Assembly (NCBI GenBank): GCA_964473455.1
Contig: CAYYQX010000001.1
Location: forward strand, 51,086 to 115,085
Reading direction: 5' to 3'
DNA length: 64,000 nucleotides
Source of the DNA: an uncultured Muribaculaceae bacterium
GTDB taxonomy: Bacteria > Bacillota_I > Bacilli_A > RF39 > UBA660
Below are positions 49,343 to 58,920 of this stretch, piece after piece. Both the position numbers and the translations under genes were made by a program. Position 1 is the first letter of the stretch; every line of letters starts with the position of its first letter. Below the pieces are notes generated by a model. That model worked only from the letters and a program-made list of their open reading frames with translations, did no database searches and was not told where the DNA came from.

Positions 49343-49610
49343 CTTCTAAATATAGTATTCTTTTACTATCTTTTACTTTTTCTTTAAAATATTGGTCTAT
49401 TAATAACACATTAGCATTTAATATGTCGCTTACCATTTCCGATATAGATAAATCAATGGCATTTTTCCATTTGATTTCTTTTAAATAATTCCAAATATCT
49501 TCTTCACAAATGTATTCATAACCAGTTGTTTTTAATTCTGATATTTTTGTGTTTAAGGCGGGTTTTATATACTCATAAAGATCTTTAATTGTTTTAAATT
49601 CTACTTTCAT
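49314..49610 (-). CDS. ComN-like post-transcriptional regulator family protein
   Basis: 98 aa immediately upstream of, and overlapping, secDF, which is the position of comN (yrzD) in Bacillus subtilis. The segment EEDIWNYLKEIKWKNAIDLSISEMVSDILN fits that family pattern. Confidence 0.55.
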   Translation of the reverse strand: MKVEFKTIKDLYEYIKPALNTKISELKTTGYEYICEEDIWNYLKEIKWKNAIDLSISEMVSDILNANVLLIDQYFKEKVKDSKRILYLEGEENEENRD

Positions 49611-49686
49611 TCTTAACTCCTATATAATTTCAAGTTAAATTTTAAATCTAATATTTATTATACAACGTACTAGTAGATAATTGCAA

Positions 49687-49711
49687 GAAAAAAGCTAGGT
49701 TTTGCCTAGTT
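49687..49711 (-). terminator. intrinsic terminator of the 651-aa prepilin-like gene
   Basis: Minus strand AACTAGG-CAAAA-CCTAGCT followed by TTTTTC, about 25 nt after the stop. Confidence 0.65.
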
Positions 49712-49737
49712 TATACTTCTGAAAAACAATATTTTTA

Positions 49738-51693
49738 TTACCAGCCAAGTACATATGGATTAGTCATTGTTCCGCTTCCAGATTCTATCTTCATTGTAGA
49801 TATTAAATTAAATGTCGGGCGAACATTAGCATACGTAACAGAAGCAACCGCACCATAAATATGACCATAATTACTCATTAAAGATATATTTCTGTTTGAA
49901 GCGTTTTCTCTATTTATTAATAAAACATTAGTATTTAAATCGTTCCCGCTAAACATATCTCCCCATATTGGCATTCCAATTTTTGCACTAACTACACCGT
50001 CACTTATTCTTGTTGGATATGTCCCAGAAGTATCCGTATTAAACAAACTTCTAACATAATCTAGTCCGTTTGCATATACATTCAAGTTCCAGTTTGCATT
50101 TACTATTTTAGTCTGAACACTACTACTAAGCCACGTATAAAAACCATTGGTCGTATTGTTTAGAAAATACCCTACGTTTTCTCCATCAGCATACGCATAG
50201 GCACCACTTCCTTGAGTTGGTTTAAAGTAATTATTATCATTACATCCTGTATACACAGCCACAGCTGAATCACAAGAATTAGCTAAGTAGAAATACGGAA
50301 CATTTATACCAGAACTCATTGCTACTGTGCTTGATAGCCCTCTTAAAATATCCGCTCTTTGAATCATTATTGTTCCATCACTATTTACTCCAATTACCCT
50401 GTATCTTACTTTTGTTTTATCGTAGGTATAACTTATTCTGCTTGTTGTTCTTTCTAGTGTATTAACAGATGTATTCCCACTACCTTCTTCACTTATATAG
50501 ATATATGATCCTACAGTTACTGTATTTAAATAATCACCACTGTCTTTTTCTTCATTGACCGTTAAAATATATGGATTTTTTGCCATTCCATATTTATCAT
50601 CAGCGTTTATGCCATCCTCTTTGGATTCTATTAATAAATCAGCACTCAAATAAATTACTGGTCTTACTCCTTGGGCATTTGTATTTGTAGCGGCAACTAG
50701 CGCTGTATCATATGTTACGTATGAACTATTATCATTATGAGTTGACCACAGTTGAGTTGTTGTTCCGTGTTTTGTTATTGTAAAACTTCTTTCGTCTTCA
50801 TCTAGAAAGCTTCCACCTAGACTTCCACTTACTGTTCCATCTAAAGCATAAACATAATCTTCAAATGTTAATAGTCCTACTTTATCTGTAGATACACTTG
50901 AACAGTTTGATATTGAAGTAAAACTTGTTACTTTGCCACTTGTCAATGTTATCCCACTTGGTTCATCTAAACAGAAATTTCCTGTTAATAAAAGGTCTGT
51001 TCTACTTAGATTATTATAATATATTCCATCTTGTTCTGAATTACTGTCTATTTCATTTAACCACTTTCTTACCCATGAACTACTCCATGTATTAGTATCT
51101 CCATAAGAAATAGCTGTTACTGAATTTGCAGTTACTAGTTTAACATAATTAGATGTTGTTTCTAATACTTGCCATAATTGACCTGAATACCATACCCAAT
51201 TTTTGATAGTTGCCTTATCTGTTTTATTTCCAATGACTTTCGTTACACTTGTTCCATTAACACTTTTACTTGTTAAGTGAGTAGCTCCTATATTAGTCTC
51301 TACAACCGTTTTTAACGTTCCAGCGCTTGTTGCTTTTTTACAATATGCCAAAATATTTTCACTATTACATATATATCCATTTATTACTAAATCTGTTGCA
51401 TTATATGTTCCATCAGCATTTAGTGTTACACTTCCACTAGTTGGATTCTCGCCACTTAAAATTATATCTTCATTTGGGAATGTTATTGTTAGCGGCAGCG
51501 TTTCTTCTGTACCCAATTGACTCTCTGCATAATAATTTTGAACGGCTTTTACTACACTTAAAGTTGAATTTTCTTTTGCTTCTCTTCTGGTATCTTCAAT
51601 TATATTTAAAATTATAGGGGTTGCAATAACAGCAATAACGGCAATTATCACTATTACTGCTAAAAGCTCTATTAAGGTGAATCCTTTTTTCAT
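49738..51693 (-). CDS. modular prepilin-type protein (class III signal peptide, pilin head, two large repeated C-terminal modules)
   Basis: MKKG|FTLIELLAVIVIIAVIAVIATPIILNII is a canonical prepilin cleavage/methylation motif with Glu+5. Two modules follow with DUF6273-like landmarks: LWQVLETTSNYVKLV...NTWSSSWVRKWLNE...VGLLTFEDY...GVRPVIYL, and a second copy ending ANVRPTFNL. RBS AGGAG. Confidence 0.75.
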   Translation of the reverse strand: MKKGFTLIELLAVIVIIAVIAVIATPIILNIIEDTRREAKENSTLSVVKAVQNYYAESQLGTEETLPLTITFPNEDIILSGENPTSGSVTLNADGTYNATDLVINGYICNSENILAYCKKATSAGTLKTVVETNIGATHLTSKSVNGTSVTKVIGNKTDKATIKNWVWYSGQLWQVLETTSNYVKLVTANSVTAISYGDTNTWSSSWVRKWLNEIDSNSEQDGIYYNNLSRTDLLLTGNFCLDEPSGITLTSGKVTSFTSISNCSSVSTDKVGLLTFEDYVYALDGTVSGSLGGSFLDEDERSFTITKHGTTTQLWSTHNDNSSYVTYDTALVAATNTNAQGVRPVIYLSADLLIESKEDGINADDKYGMAKNPYILTVNEEKDSGDYLNTVTVGSYIYISEEGSGNTSVNTLERTTSRISYTYDKTKVRYRVIGVNSDGTIMIQRADILRGLSSTVAMSSGINVPYFYLANSCDSAVAVYTGCNDNNYFKPTQGSGAYAYADGENVGYFLNNTTNGFYTWLSSSVQTKIVNANWNLNVYANGLDYVRSLFNTDTSGTYPTRISDGVVSAKIGMPIWGDMFSGNDLNTNVLLINRENASNRNISLMSNYGHIYGAVASVTYANVRPTFNLISTMKIESGSGTMTNPYVLGW

Positions 51694-51724
51694 ACTGATT
51701 GCTCCTACTTTTATTTTCTTATAT

Positions 51725-51754
51725 ATTATATCATATTTTCTTGCTTGTTAACAA
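51725..51754 (-). promoter_or_regulatory. extended -10 promoter of the 651-aa prepilin-like gene
   Basis: Minus strand TTGTTA (51754-49), 18-nt spacer, TGATATAAT (51733-25). Confidence 0.55.
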
Positions 51755-51780
51755 AAAAAATCACTATTTAATTAGTGATT
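51753..51780 (-). terminator. intrinsic terminator of rpoZ
   Basis: Minus strand AATCACTA-ATTAAA-TAGTGATT followed by TTTTTTTT, 5 nt after the rpoZ stop. Confidence 0.8.
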
Positions 51781-51784
51781 TAAA

Positions 51785-51991
51785 TTATTCTTTGTTTTCA
51801 GTAATATGAATCAAACCTTTATCTATTTCTTCAAGAACTCTTCCTATATTTTTTTTAGCTGTGTATTCTTCTTCTTTCATTTGATAAAACTTTGTTTTCT
51901 CTATTTCTCTTACTCTTTCCGAAACTATATTAACAAGTAAGTATTTCGAACCTACCACTTTTAACAATTTGTCTATCGATGGATATATCAT
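51785..51991 (-). CDS. rpoZ: DNA-directed RNA polymerase subunit omega
   Basis: 68 aa. MIYPSIDKLLKVVGSKYLLVNIVSERVREI is the typical omega N-terminus. Confidence 0.85.
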   Translation of the reverse strand: MIYPSIDKLLKVVGSKYLLVNIVSERVREIEKTKFYQMKEEEYTAKKNIGRVLEEIDKGLIHITENKE

Positions 51992-52067
51992 AGTTGTACC
52001 TCCTCTTATTTAGCATATAATAAAAAAAATGAACTTTCAATTGATTTGTCTTTTTATTTACATTTTT

Positions 52068-54197
52068 TTACATTGGTAAAAGTGTCAATCCAACCTTTTG
52101 TTTTTCTAAACTGATGTCGTCTACATAACAAGTAACAATGTCTCCTACATTTAATACATCTAAGGGATGTTTAATATATTCTTTGCTTATTTTAGATATG
52201 TGAACAAGACCATCGTTTTTCAATCCAATATCAATAAAGGCACCAAAATCTACTACATTTCTAACTGTTCCTTCTAATTTGTCACCTCTTTTTAAATCTT
52301 CTAAGTGTAAAATATCGCTTTTTAATATTGGTTTTGGCATATCTTCTCTAAGATCTCTCATTGGCTCCTTAAGGGCTTTTTCAATATCTTGTAAAGTGTA
52401 TTCATCAACTTTTAGTTCTCTTGATAATTCTGGAATATCAAATTTTGTGTCTTTTATGTTTAAACTTCCAATATCTTTAATAGTAAAGCCTAATTTATTC
52501 AAAAGCTTTAAAGTCAAATCATAGCTTTCTGGATGAATAGGCGTTGCATCCAGAGTATTTTCTCCTTCTGGTATTCTAAGAAAGCCTATTGCTTGTGTGT
52601 ATAAAGTACTGGAAAGGATTTTTTTTAACTCACTTCTTGAATATATCTTTCCTTTATCTTTTTTATATTTTTGTATTTTTTCTATACTTGTTTTATTTAA
52701 TCCGGATACATAACTCAGTAATTTCACACTTGCTGTATTGATGTTTACTCCAACTTGATTAACTACTTTTGAAACCACAAAATCAAGAGAAGAACTAAGT
52801 TCTTTTACTGGAATATCGTGTTGGTAAAGTCCAACCCCAATACTTTCTGGATCTATTTTTACAAGTTCCGCCAAAGGGTCTTGCAACCTTCTTCCAATAC
52901 TTATAGCGCTGCGCTCTTCAACGTGTAAATCTGGAAATTCTTCAATTGCAAGTTTGCTAGCCGAATAAACACTAGCCCCTGCTTCACTAACAATTATATA
53001 TTTAACACTTTTTTTAAGTTCCTTTATCACATCAACAATAAACGCTTCACTTTCTCTTGATGCGGTTCCATTCCCTATAGCAACAATATCTATATCGTAC
53101 TTATTTATTAAATCAATTGTTATTTGTTTTGCCTCCTCATATTTTTTAACTGGCTCATGAGGATATATTTTTTCTATAAATATTTTCTGCCCCGTTTTAT
53201 CTATAACCGCTAACTTACACCCTGTTCGATAAGCTGGATCTAATCCTAGGACCATCTTTTCTTTCATAGGTGGGGTCATAAGTAATCTTTCTAGATTTTT
53301 AGAAAAATTATTGATGGCAGAGATGTTGGCTAATTCAGTTAAATCAGATCTTATTTCTCTTTCTATAGAAGGTTTAATAAGTCTTTTATAACTATCTCTA
53401 ATTGCTTCTTTTATCAAAACTGTTGCTTCATTACTAACAGATTGTAAAAGTTTTTGTTCTAAATAATCAAATATTTTATTGTCATCTATTTCAAGACTTA
53501 TGTTTAATACTTTTTCTGATTCTCCTCTATTTATAGCAAGTATTCGATGAGGCTTAATTCTTTTTATTTGTTCCGTATAATCATAATACATTTCATATAA
53601 TTTTTTTTCATCTATGGCTTCTTTTTTTATCTTTGAAACAATAGTACCAAATATATAAGTATTTGTTCTAATCCACTTTCTATATATAGCATTATCACTA
53701 ATATATTCAGAAATAATGTATTTTGCTCCCATAAGTGCTTCTGAAACTGTCTTTACTTTCTCATTTAAATATTCTTGAGCAACTTTTTCAATATTTGTCC
53801 CATTAAACGAAAGGATTATTTTAGCAAGTGGCTCTAATCCGTTTTTAACAGCTTCACTTGCTTTTGTTTTTTTCTTTTCCTTAAATGGTCTATATATGTC
53901 TTCTAATTCAACTAGTTTTGTTGCTTCATTTATCTCTTTTTTTAGTTCTTCAGTCATTAATTCTTTTTCTTCTATTAAACGTATTATATCTTCTTTTCTT
54001 TTATTAAAACTTACTTGATAGTTGTATACTTCACTTATTTTTCTTAACTGTTCTTCATCTAAAGCCCCTGTTGCTTCTTTTCTATATCTAGAAATAAAAG
54101 GGATGGTGTTTCCGCCATCCAACAAATTTAAAGCCGCAGTTATTTGACTTTCTTTAATATTTAAATCTAGGCTCATTTGTTTTATTGTGTTATTCAC
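52068..54197 (-). CDS. tex: Tex-like transcription accessory protein (YqgF/RNase H-like, HhH and S1 domains)
   Basis: N-terminal IPFISRYRKEATG, central YqgF-like VLGLDPAYRTGCKLAV, and a C-terminal S1 domain (GDKLEGTVRNVVDFGAFIDIG...DGLVHIS). Confidence 0.92.
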   Translation of the reverse strand: MNNTIKQMSLDLNIKESQITAALNLLDGGNTIPFISRYRKEATGALDEEQLRKISEVYNYQVSFNKRKEDIIRLIEEKELMTEELKKEINEATKLVELEDIYRPFKEKKKTKASEAVKNGLEPLAKIILSFNGTNIEKVAQEYLNEKVKTVSEALMGAKYIISEYISDNAIYRKWIRTNTYIFGTIVSKIKKEAIDEKKLYEMYYDYTEQIKRIKPHRILAINRGESEKVLNISLEIDDNKIFDYLEQKLLQSVSNEATVLIKEAIRDSYKRLIKPSIEREIRSDLTELANISAINNFSKNLERLLMTPPMKEKMVLGLDPAYRTGCKLAVIDKTGQKIFIEKIYPHEPVKKYEEAKQITIDLINKYDIDIVAIGNGTASRESEAFIVDVIKELKKSVKYIIVSEAGASVYSASKLAIEEFPDLHVEERSAISIGRRLQDPLAELVKIDPESIGVGLYQHDIPVKELSSSLDFVVSKVVNQVGVNINTASVKLLSYVSGLNKTSIEKIQKYKKDKGKIYSRSELKKILSSTLYTQAIGFLRIPEGENTLDATPIHPESYDLTLKLLNKLGFTIKDIGSLNIKDTKFDIPELSRELKVDEYTLQDIEKALKEPMRDLREDMPKPILKSDILHLEDLKRGDKLEGTVRNVVDFGAFIDIGLKNDGLVHISKISKEYIKHPLDVLNVGDIVTCYVDDISLEKQKVGLTLLPM

Positions 54198-54654
54198 TTA
54201 ACACTCCGTATTCAATTGCCAAACTTTTTAAAGTAGCAGCATCCATTGCTCCTGCTTCACCATATAATTGGTTTTGATTTTGATATATAGTCACAAAAGG
54301 GATATAACTAAAATCTACTAAGCTATAAAGTTCTGTTTGTTCAGCACTTGATAGATTATCTATAAGATAAAAGTAAACCATAGTTTCGTTTTCTTTGGCA
54401 AATTGTTTAGCATAAGGTTTAAAAGATAAACAAGCAGAACAAGATTCACTACCAAAATATATAATAACAGGGGTACTGCTTTTATATATCTCTTTAAATT
54501 CATCTATACCTATTATTTGATAATAAGCACTGTCATATTCTGTTTCTTCGGTTTCTTCAACCTCACCGTTATTTAGTTTTGTATTTTCGCATCCTGTAAA
54601 AGCAAAAAGACATAATAACATTAAAAATAAATATATTACCTTTGTTTTTTTCAT
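54190..54654 (-). CDS. thioredoxin-fold lipoprotein
   Basis: Lipobox FAFTGC. CxxC motif in thioredoxin context (IIYFGSESCSACLSFKP). Its stop overlaps the tex start by 8 nt. Confidence 0.65.
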   Translation of the reverse strand: MKKTKVIYLFLMLLCLFAFTGCENTKLNNGEVEETEETEYDSAYYQIIGIDEFKEIYKSSTPVIIYFGSESCSACLSFKPYAKQFAKENETMVYFYLIDNLSSAEQTELYSLVDFSYIPFVTIYQNQNQLYGEAGAMDAATLKSLAIEYGVLSE

Positions 54655-54692
54655 AATTTGTTTCCTTTCTTTACTCCAACAAAAAAATTATA

Positions 54693-55868
54693 TCATATTT
54701 TTTTTATTGATGCACTATTTATTATATAATCACCATATTTTTTTTGTAAACTATCTACTGTAGTATCTATGCTTTTTGGTAATTTGATTTCTTCAAAAAG
54801 CGATAGTTGACAAACAATATTCCTTGTTAGATTATCAACTCTAACTCCTATTAATCTAACAGGAGTGTTTAAATTAATTTCTTTTAATAACTTTTTCGCT
54901 TGATAAAATATTTCAAGTGTATTTGAAGTAGAATTGTCCATTTTTCTTTGATGAGATTTTAATTTGAAGTCTTTTGTTTTAATAAAAACTGTGACAATAT
55001 TTGCGTATTTTTCTTCAGATCTTAATTGCTTACAAACAAGACTAGTTAAATAAAATAAAACATCATTTAGTTTTTCTAAATTTGTTGTATCGTTATCTAA
55101 GGTTGTTGAATGACTTATTCCCTTAACTTCTATTTTTTCTGAAACAACACTACTACCATCTATTCCTTTTGCTATATTAATCATATTTATAGATTGATTT
55201 TTAAAATGGTTTTTTAATTTAGATTCATCAGCTTCAGCCAAGTCGCCTACTGTTTCTATTCCTAGACTTCTTAATTTTGGAGTTGTTGCTTTACCAATAC
55301 CATATAAATTTTCAATTGGCAAAGGATACATTTTTATTTTGATTTCATCATCAAAAATAGTATTTATTTTAAATGGTTTTATTAAGTCTGATGCCATTTT
55401 AGCACATAACTTGTTGTTAGCTATTCCAATATTTACACCAAACCCTAATGTATCTAATATTTCTTTTTGAATTCTTTTAGCAAATTGCATATAATCACCA
55501 TGTAAAGTAGATACCTTTGTATAATCTATAAAGCATTCATCTACAGAAGTTATTTCTATATCAGGAGTATAACTTTTTATTAGTTCCATCATTTGATTGC
55601 TTTTTTGATAATAGTACTGAAAATGGGGTTTATATGCTTTTAAAACTCGACACTTTTTCATAGCTTGAAAAATAGGCTCTCCTGTTTTTATTCCTAGTTT
55701 TTTTGCAGAGTTGCTTTTAGCTAAAACAATTCCTTTTCTTTTTGTTTCTGCGTCGCCAATTATCGCATAACTGTTTCTAATATCATACTTGTAGCCATTT
55801 TCCATCAGATATAAAGCTTCCCAAGATAAAAAAGCATTATTTACGTCTATATGCATGATAATATTCAT
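54693..55868 (-). CDS. dinB: DNA polymerase IV (Y-family)
   Basis: IMHIDVNNAFLSWE, SVDECFID and a little-finger domain. Start set at ATG 55866-55868. Confidence 0.9.
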   Translation of the reverse strand: MNIIMHIDVNNAFLSWEALYLMENGYKYDIRNSYAIIGDAETKRKGIVLAKSNSAKKLGIKTGEPIFQAMKKCRVLKAYKPHFQYYYQKSNQMMELIKSYTPDIEITSVDECFIDYTKVSTLHGDYMQFAKRIQKEILDTLGFGVNIGIANNKLCAKMASDLIKPFKINTIFDDEIKIKMYPLPIENLYGIGKATTPKLRSLGIETVGDLAEADESKLKNHFKNQSINMINIAKGIDGSSVVSEKIEVKGISHSTTLDNDTTNLEKLNDVLFYLTSLVCKQLRSEEKYANIVTVFIKTKDFKLKSHQRKMDNSTSNTLEIFYQAKKLLKEINLNTPVRLIGVRVDNLTRNIVCQLSLFEEIKLPKSIDTTVDSLQKKYGDYIINSASIKKI

Positions 55869-55939
55869 AAAGATCACCAAACAAATTATATTATACCAAA
55901 CTAATGTTTGTCAACGCTTATTAAAAAAAGTAGTTTTTA

Positions 55940-57208
55940 CTACTCTTTATATTCAAAATCAAAATCAAGTATTTTTATTGTGTCTCCACTTACGGCCCCT
56001 AATTTTCTAAGCTCGTCATCGATTCCTAACCTTCTTAGTTTGTTAGCAAATCTTTTTGCTGACTCTTCTGTTGAAAACTTAGTCATTTTAAGCACTTTTT
56101 CTACTTCTTGTCCTTTTACTAACCATATGTTTTTATCTCTTATAATAGTAAACGGCTTTTCTTGTTTGAATTTGTATAAAACGTGTCTTTCTTGTTTTTC
56201 TTCTTCATACAAAGGCTCTTTTTCTATTTTGCTTAACATTGTTGCAAGAGCTTCAATAACATCTGCTAGACCACTTCCGTTTATAGCCGATATTTCATAA
56301 ACAGGTAATTTAACTTTCTTTTTAAATTCTTTTAAATTATCCTTAAATGCTTCTATATCCATCTTGTTAGCTATTATTATTTGTGGTTTTTCGATTAATT
56401 TTTTATTAAAATTTTCTAATTCAGAATTAATAATTAAATAATCTTTGTAAGGATCTCTTCCTTCAACACCACTCATATCTATTACATGCGCAATTACTCT
56501 TGTTCTTTCAATGTGTTTTAAGAAACGGTCTCCAAGACCAGCTCCAAGAGAAGCGCCTTCAATAAGACCTGGTAAATCTGCCACAACAAAAGAAGAACTT
56601 TTAGATTTTACAACTCCTAAATTAGGAGAAAGTGTCGTAAAGTGATATTCAGCTATTTTAGGTTTAGCAGCAGATATCTTAGATATTATTGTAGATTTTC
56701 CAACACTTGGGAAACCTACTAGTCCAACATCTGCAAGTAGCTTTAATTCAACTTTTATTTTTCTTTCTTCTCCAGGTTCTCCTCTTTCACAAAAAGAAGG
56801 AGCTGGATTGGCTCTTGTTGCTAGAGCAACATTACCTCTGCCACCTTTACCGCCATAAGCAACTATTACTTCTTCACCTATTTTTGTTAAATCAGCTATT
56901 ACTTCTTGGGTTTCAAAGTCTTTAACAACTGTTCCCAAAGGAACTTTTACTGTTATGTCTTCGGCATTTCTTCCATCTTTTGATTTTCCTTCGCCGTTGT
57001 TACCTTTATCACCTTTGATATGCCTTTTGTATCTTAAATCTAATAATGTATTTAAGCCAGCATCAGTTTTAAAAATTATATCGGAGCCTTTACCGCCATT
57101 GCCACCAAATGGGCCACCCATTGGTACATACTTTTCTCTTCTAAAAGCCATACAGCCGTCTCCGCCTGCTCCACCAGCAATTTCTACTGTAACCTCATCT
57201 ATAAACAC
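55940..57208 (-). CDS. obg: GTPase Obg/CgtA
   Basis: Obg-fold glycine-rich N-terminus (MFIDEVTVEIAGGAGGDGCMAFRREKYVPMGGPFGGNGGKGSDI), G domain (GFPSVGKST, DLPGLIEGA, NKMD) and a C-terminal OCT/TGS-like domain. Confidence 0.95.
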   Translation of the reverse strand: MFIDEVTVEIAGGAGGDGCMAFRREKYVPMGGPFGGNGGKGSDIIFKTDAGLNTLLDLRYKRHIKGDKGNNGEGKSKDGRNAEDITVKVPLGTVVKDFETQEVIADLTKIGEEVIVAYGGKGGRGNVALATRANPAPSFCERGEPGEERKIKVELKLLADVGLVGFPSVGKSTIISKISAAKPKIAEYHFTTLSPNLGVVKSKSSSFVVADLPGLIEGASLGAGLGDRFLKHIERTRVIAHVIDMSGVEGRDPYKDYLIINSELENFNKKLIEKPQIIIANKMDIEAFKDNLKEFKKKVKLPVYEISAINGSGLADVIEALATMLSKIEKEPLYEEEKQERHVLYKFKQEKPFTIIRDKNIWLVKGQEVEKVLKMTKFSTEESAKRFANKLRRLGIDDELRKLGAVSGDTIKILDFDFEYKE

Positions 57209-57335
57209 ATTATCACTTCCTTAAAAAACTTATTTTTTATTGTAAAAACAAAGTATTCCTACTCCTGCTATTATACACACAATTAGAGTTATAAACAAAC
57301 TATTTCTTGAAATGCTTTTTCACTAAGCAGCGTTT

Positions 57336-57773
57336 TTATCTAGATCTTCTATTTTCAGTTTCTTTTTCTTCTTCTACTTCAAAAGTTTTTTTATAGACTA
57401 TTCGTGCTGATAATTCTTCTTCAAGCATTTCTATCTTTTTCATTAATAATGCAAAATATTTTTTTTCTAAATATATACGATAGTTATTCTTAACAATACT
57501 TTTATATCTAGCTAAATCATTTAACACTATTTTTAGTTCTTCACCAGTTCCTTCTTCTTCCAACAGACTCATTAAATATTCAAGATAAATTTCTAACTTT
57601 TTCTTTGTTTTTTTCTTCAATATTTTATCAATAAAAGAAGGATTGATGATAATCATTTCATCTACCTTTATCCCACCATAATTTATACTGTTTTTTGGCG
57701 TTGTTTTATATCCTTTAGGCTCAAATACTTCAGCTGTTTTTTTTGTTTTTTCTTTTACTATAACATACTTCAT
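57336..57773 (-). CDS. hypothetical Lys/Glu-rich protein (145 aa)
   Basis: The ORF start overlaps the trmD stop by 4 nt (translational coupling). No family recognised. It occupies the slot where rplS usually follows trmD. Confidence 0.5.
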   Translation of the reverse strand: MKYVIVKEKTKKTAEVFEPKGYKTTPKNSINYGGIKVDEMIIINPSFIDKILKKKTKKKLEIYLEYLMSLLEEEGTGEELKIVLNDLARYKSIVKNNYRIYLEKKYFALLMKKIEMLEEELSARIVYKKTFEVEEEKETENRRSR

Positions 57774-58444
57774 TTTTGCCTCTTCTCTAATAAATCAGGA
57801 CGATTTTTTTTTGTTTTAGAAATAGCTTCTTCAAGTCTCCACTCTTTAATCTTTTTATGATCACCTGAGAGTAATACTTCAGGAACCTTCATTCCTCTAA
57901 AGTCCACTGGTTTAGTATAAACTGGGTAATCAAGAAGGTTATCATTAAAACTTTCTTTTTCATGTGATTCTTTTTCTATCACACCATCAATTAACCTAAC
58001 TACACTATCTACTACAACTTGGCTGGCAATTTCTCCTCCAGTTAATATATAGTCTCCTATACTAAGTTCTATATCAGCAAGAGTTCTTATTCTTTCATCA
58101 AAGCCTTCATAATGGCCACAAATAATGATTAAATGTTTTTCTTTTGATAAATCATAAGCCATTTCTTGGTTATAGGTTTTTCCTTGTGGGGTTAATAAAA
58201 TTATTTTTGAATTTTTTGTTCTTATTTCATCTATACAATCAAATATTGGTTGTGGGGTTAAAACCATTCCACATCCACCACCAAAGGCATAATCATCTAC
58301 TTTTTTATGTTTATCTTTTGAGTAATCTCTAAAATTAATGGTGTTGATTTCAACTAGTTGCTTTTCTATAGCTCTTTTAATAATTGATGTTTTTAAAAAG
58401 TTTTCAAATATCTCCGGGAAAATAGTTAATATATCAATCTTCAT
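57770..58444 (-). CDS. trmD: tRNA (guanine37-N1)-methyltransferase
   Basis: MKIDILTIFPEIFENF..., GGGCGMVL and GHYEGFDERI motifs. Confidence 0.95.
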   Translation of the reverse strand: MKIDILTIFPEIFENFLKTSIIKRAIEKQLVEINTINFRDYSKDKHKKVDDYAFGGGCGMVLTPQPIFDCIDEIRTKNSKIILLTPQGKTYNQEMAYDLSKEKHLIIICGHYEGFDERIRTLADIELSIGDYILTGGEIASQVVVDSVVRLIDGVIEKESHEKESFNDNLLDYPVYTKPVDFRGMKVPEVLLSGDHKKIKEWRLEEAISKTKKNRPDLLEKRQK

Positions 58445-58913
58445 CTATTAAGCCCTCCCAGTTGTGTATATAAATTTTTTTATTAACAACATCTATCTTC
58501 TTAATAAATTCTTTTATATTTGGTATTAAATTTTTCCCAACCACCAAATAATCATATTTTTTTCCTTTTCTAATTTCTTCTACTGTTCCTATTTTATTAG
58601 TTAAATATAAATCAAATCCAACTAATTCCTCATCAAAATATTCAATGTTTTCAAAATCACTTCTGTTTATATAAATATTTGTTCCTTTATACTTTAAGCT
58701 TTCCTCGATACTGTTTATTCCTTCGAATGTTAGTAAAATATATTGTTGGTGAGGTCTACTACTATTAATAGTTAATTTTTGTTTGTTTTTTTCTACATAC
58801 AAAATAGTTCCTTTTTTTAGCACTTCATTTTTTTTATTAAAATCAGATAAAATTTTCATCTCACCTTTTAATCCATGTGTATTAACTAATTTACCTACAT
58901 AAATGTATTCCAT
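58434..58913 (-). CDS. rimM: 16S rRNA processing protein RimM
   Basis: VGKLVNTHGLKGEMKI N-terminus and a PRC-barrel C-terminus, upstream of trmD. Confidence 0.9.
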   Translation of the reverse strand: MEYIYVGKLVNTHGLKGEMKILSDFNKKNEVLKKGTILYVEKNKQKLTINSSRPHQQYILLTFEGINSIEESLKYKGTNIYINRSDFENIEYFDEELVGFDLYLTNKIGTVEEIRKGKKYDYLVVGKNLIPNIKEFIKKIDVVNKKIYIHNWEGLIDED

Positions 58914-58920
58914 AAAACCT

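Noticed and set aside
55940-57208. The glycine-rich N-terminus of Obg as a relative of the glycine-rich modules in the prepilin-type proteins.
   Set aside because: It is the standard Obg fold of a universally conserved GTPase. The similarity is compositional only.
57230-57298. A 22-codon hydrophobic mini-ORF (LFITLIVCIIAGVGILCFYNKK) in the obg upstream gap.
   Set aside because: It has only a TTG start, no convincing RBS, and a stop codon a few codons upstream in frame. It could be a real small membrane peptide, but the sequence alone does not support calling it.
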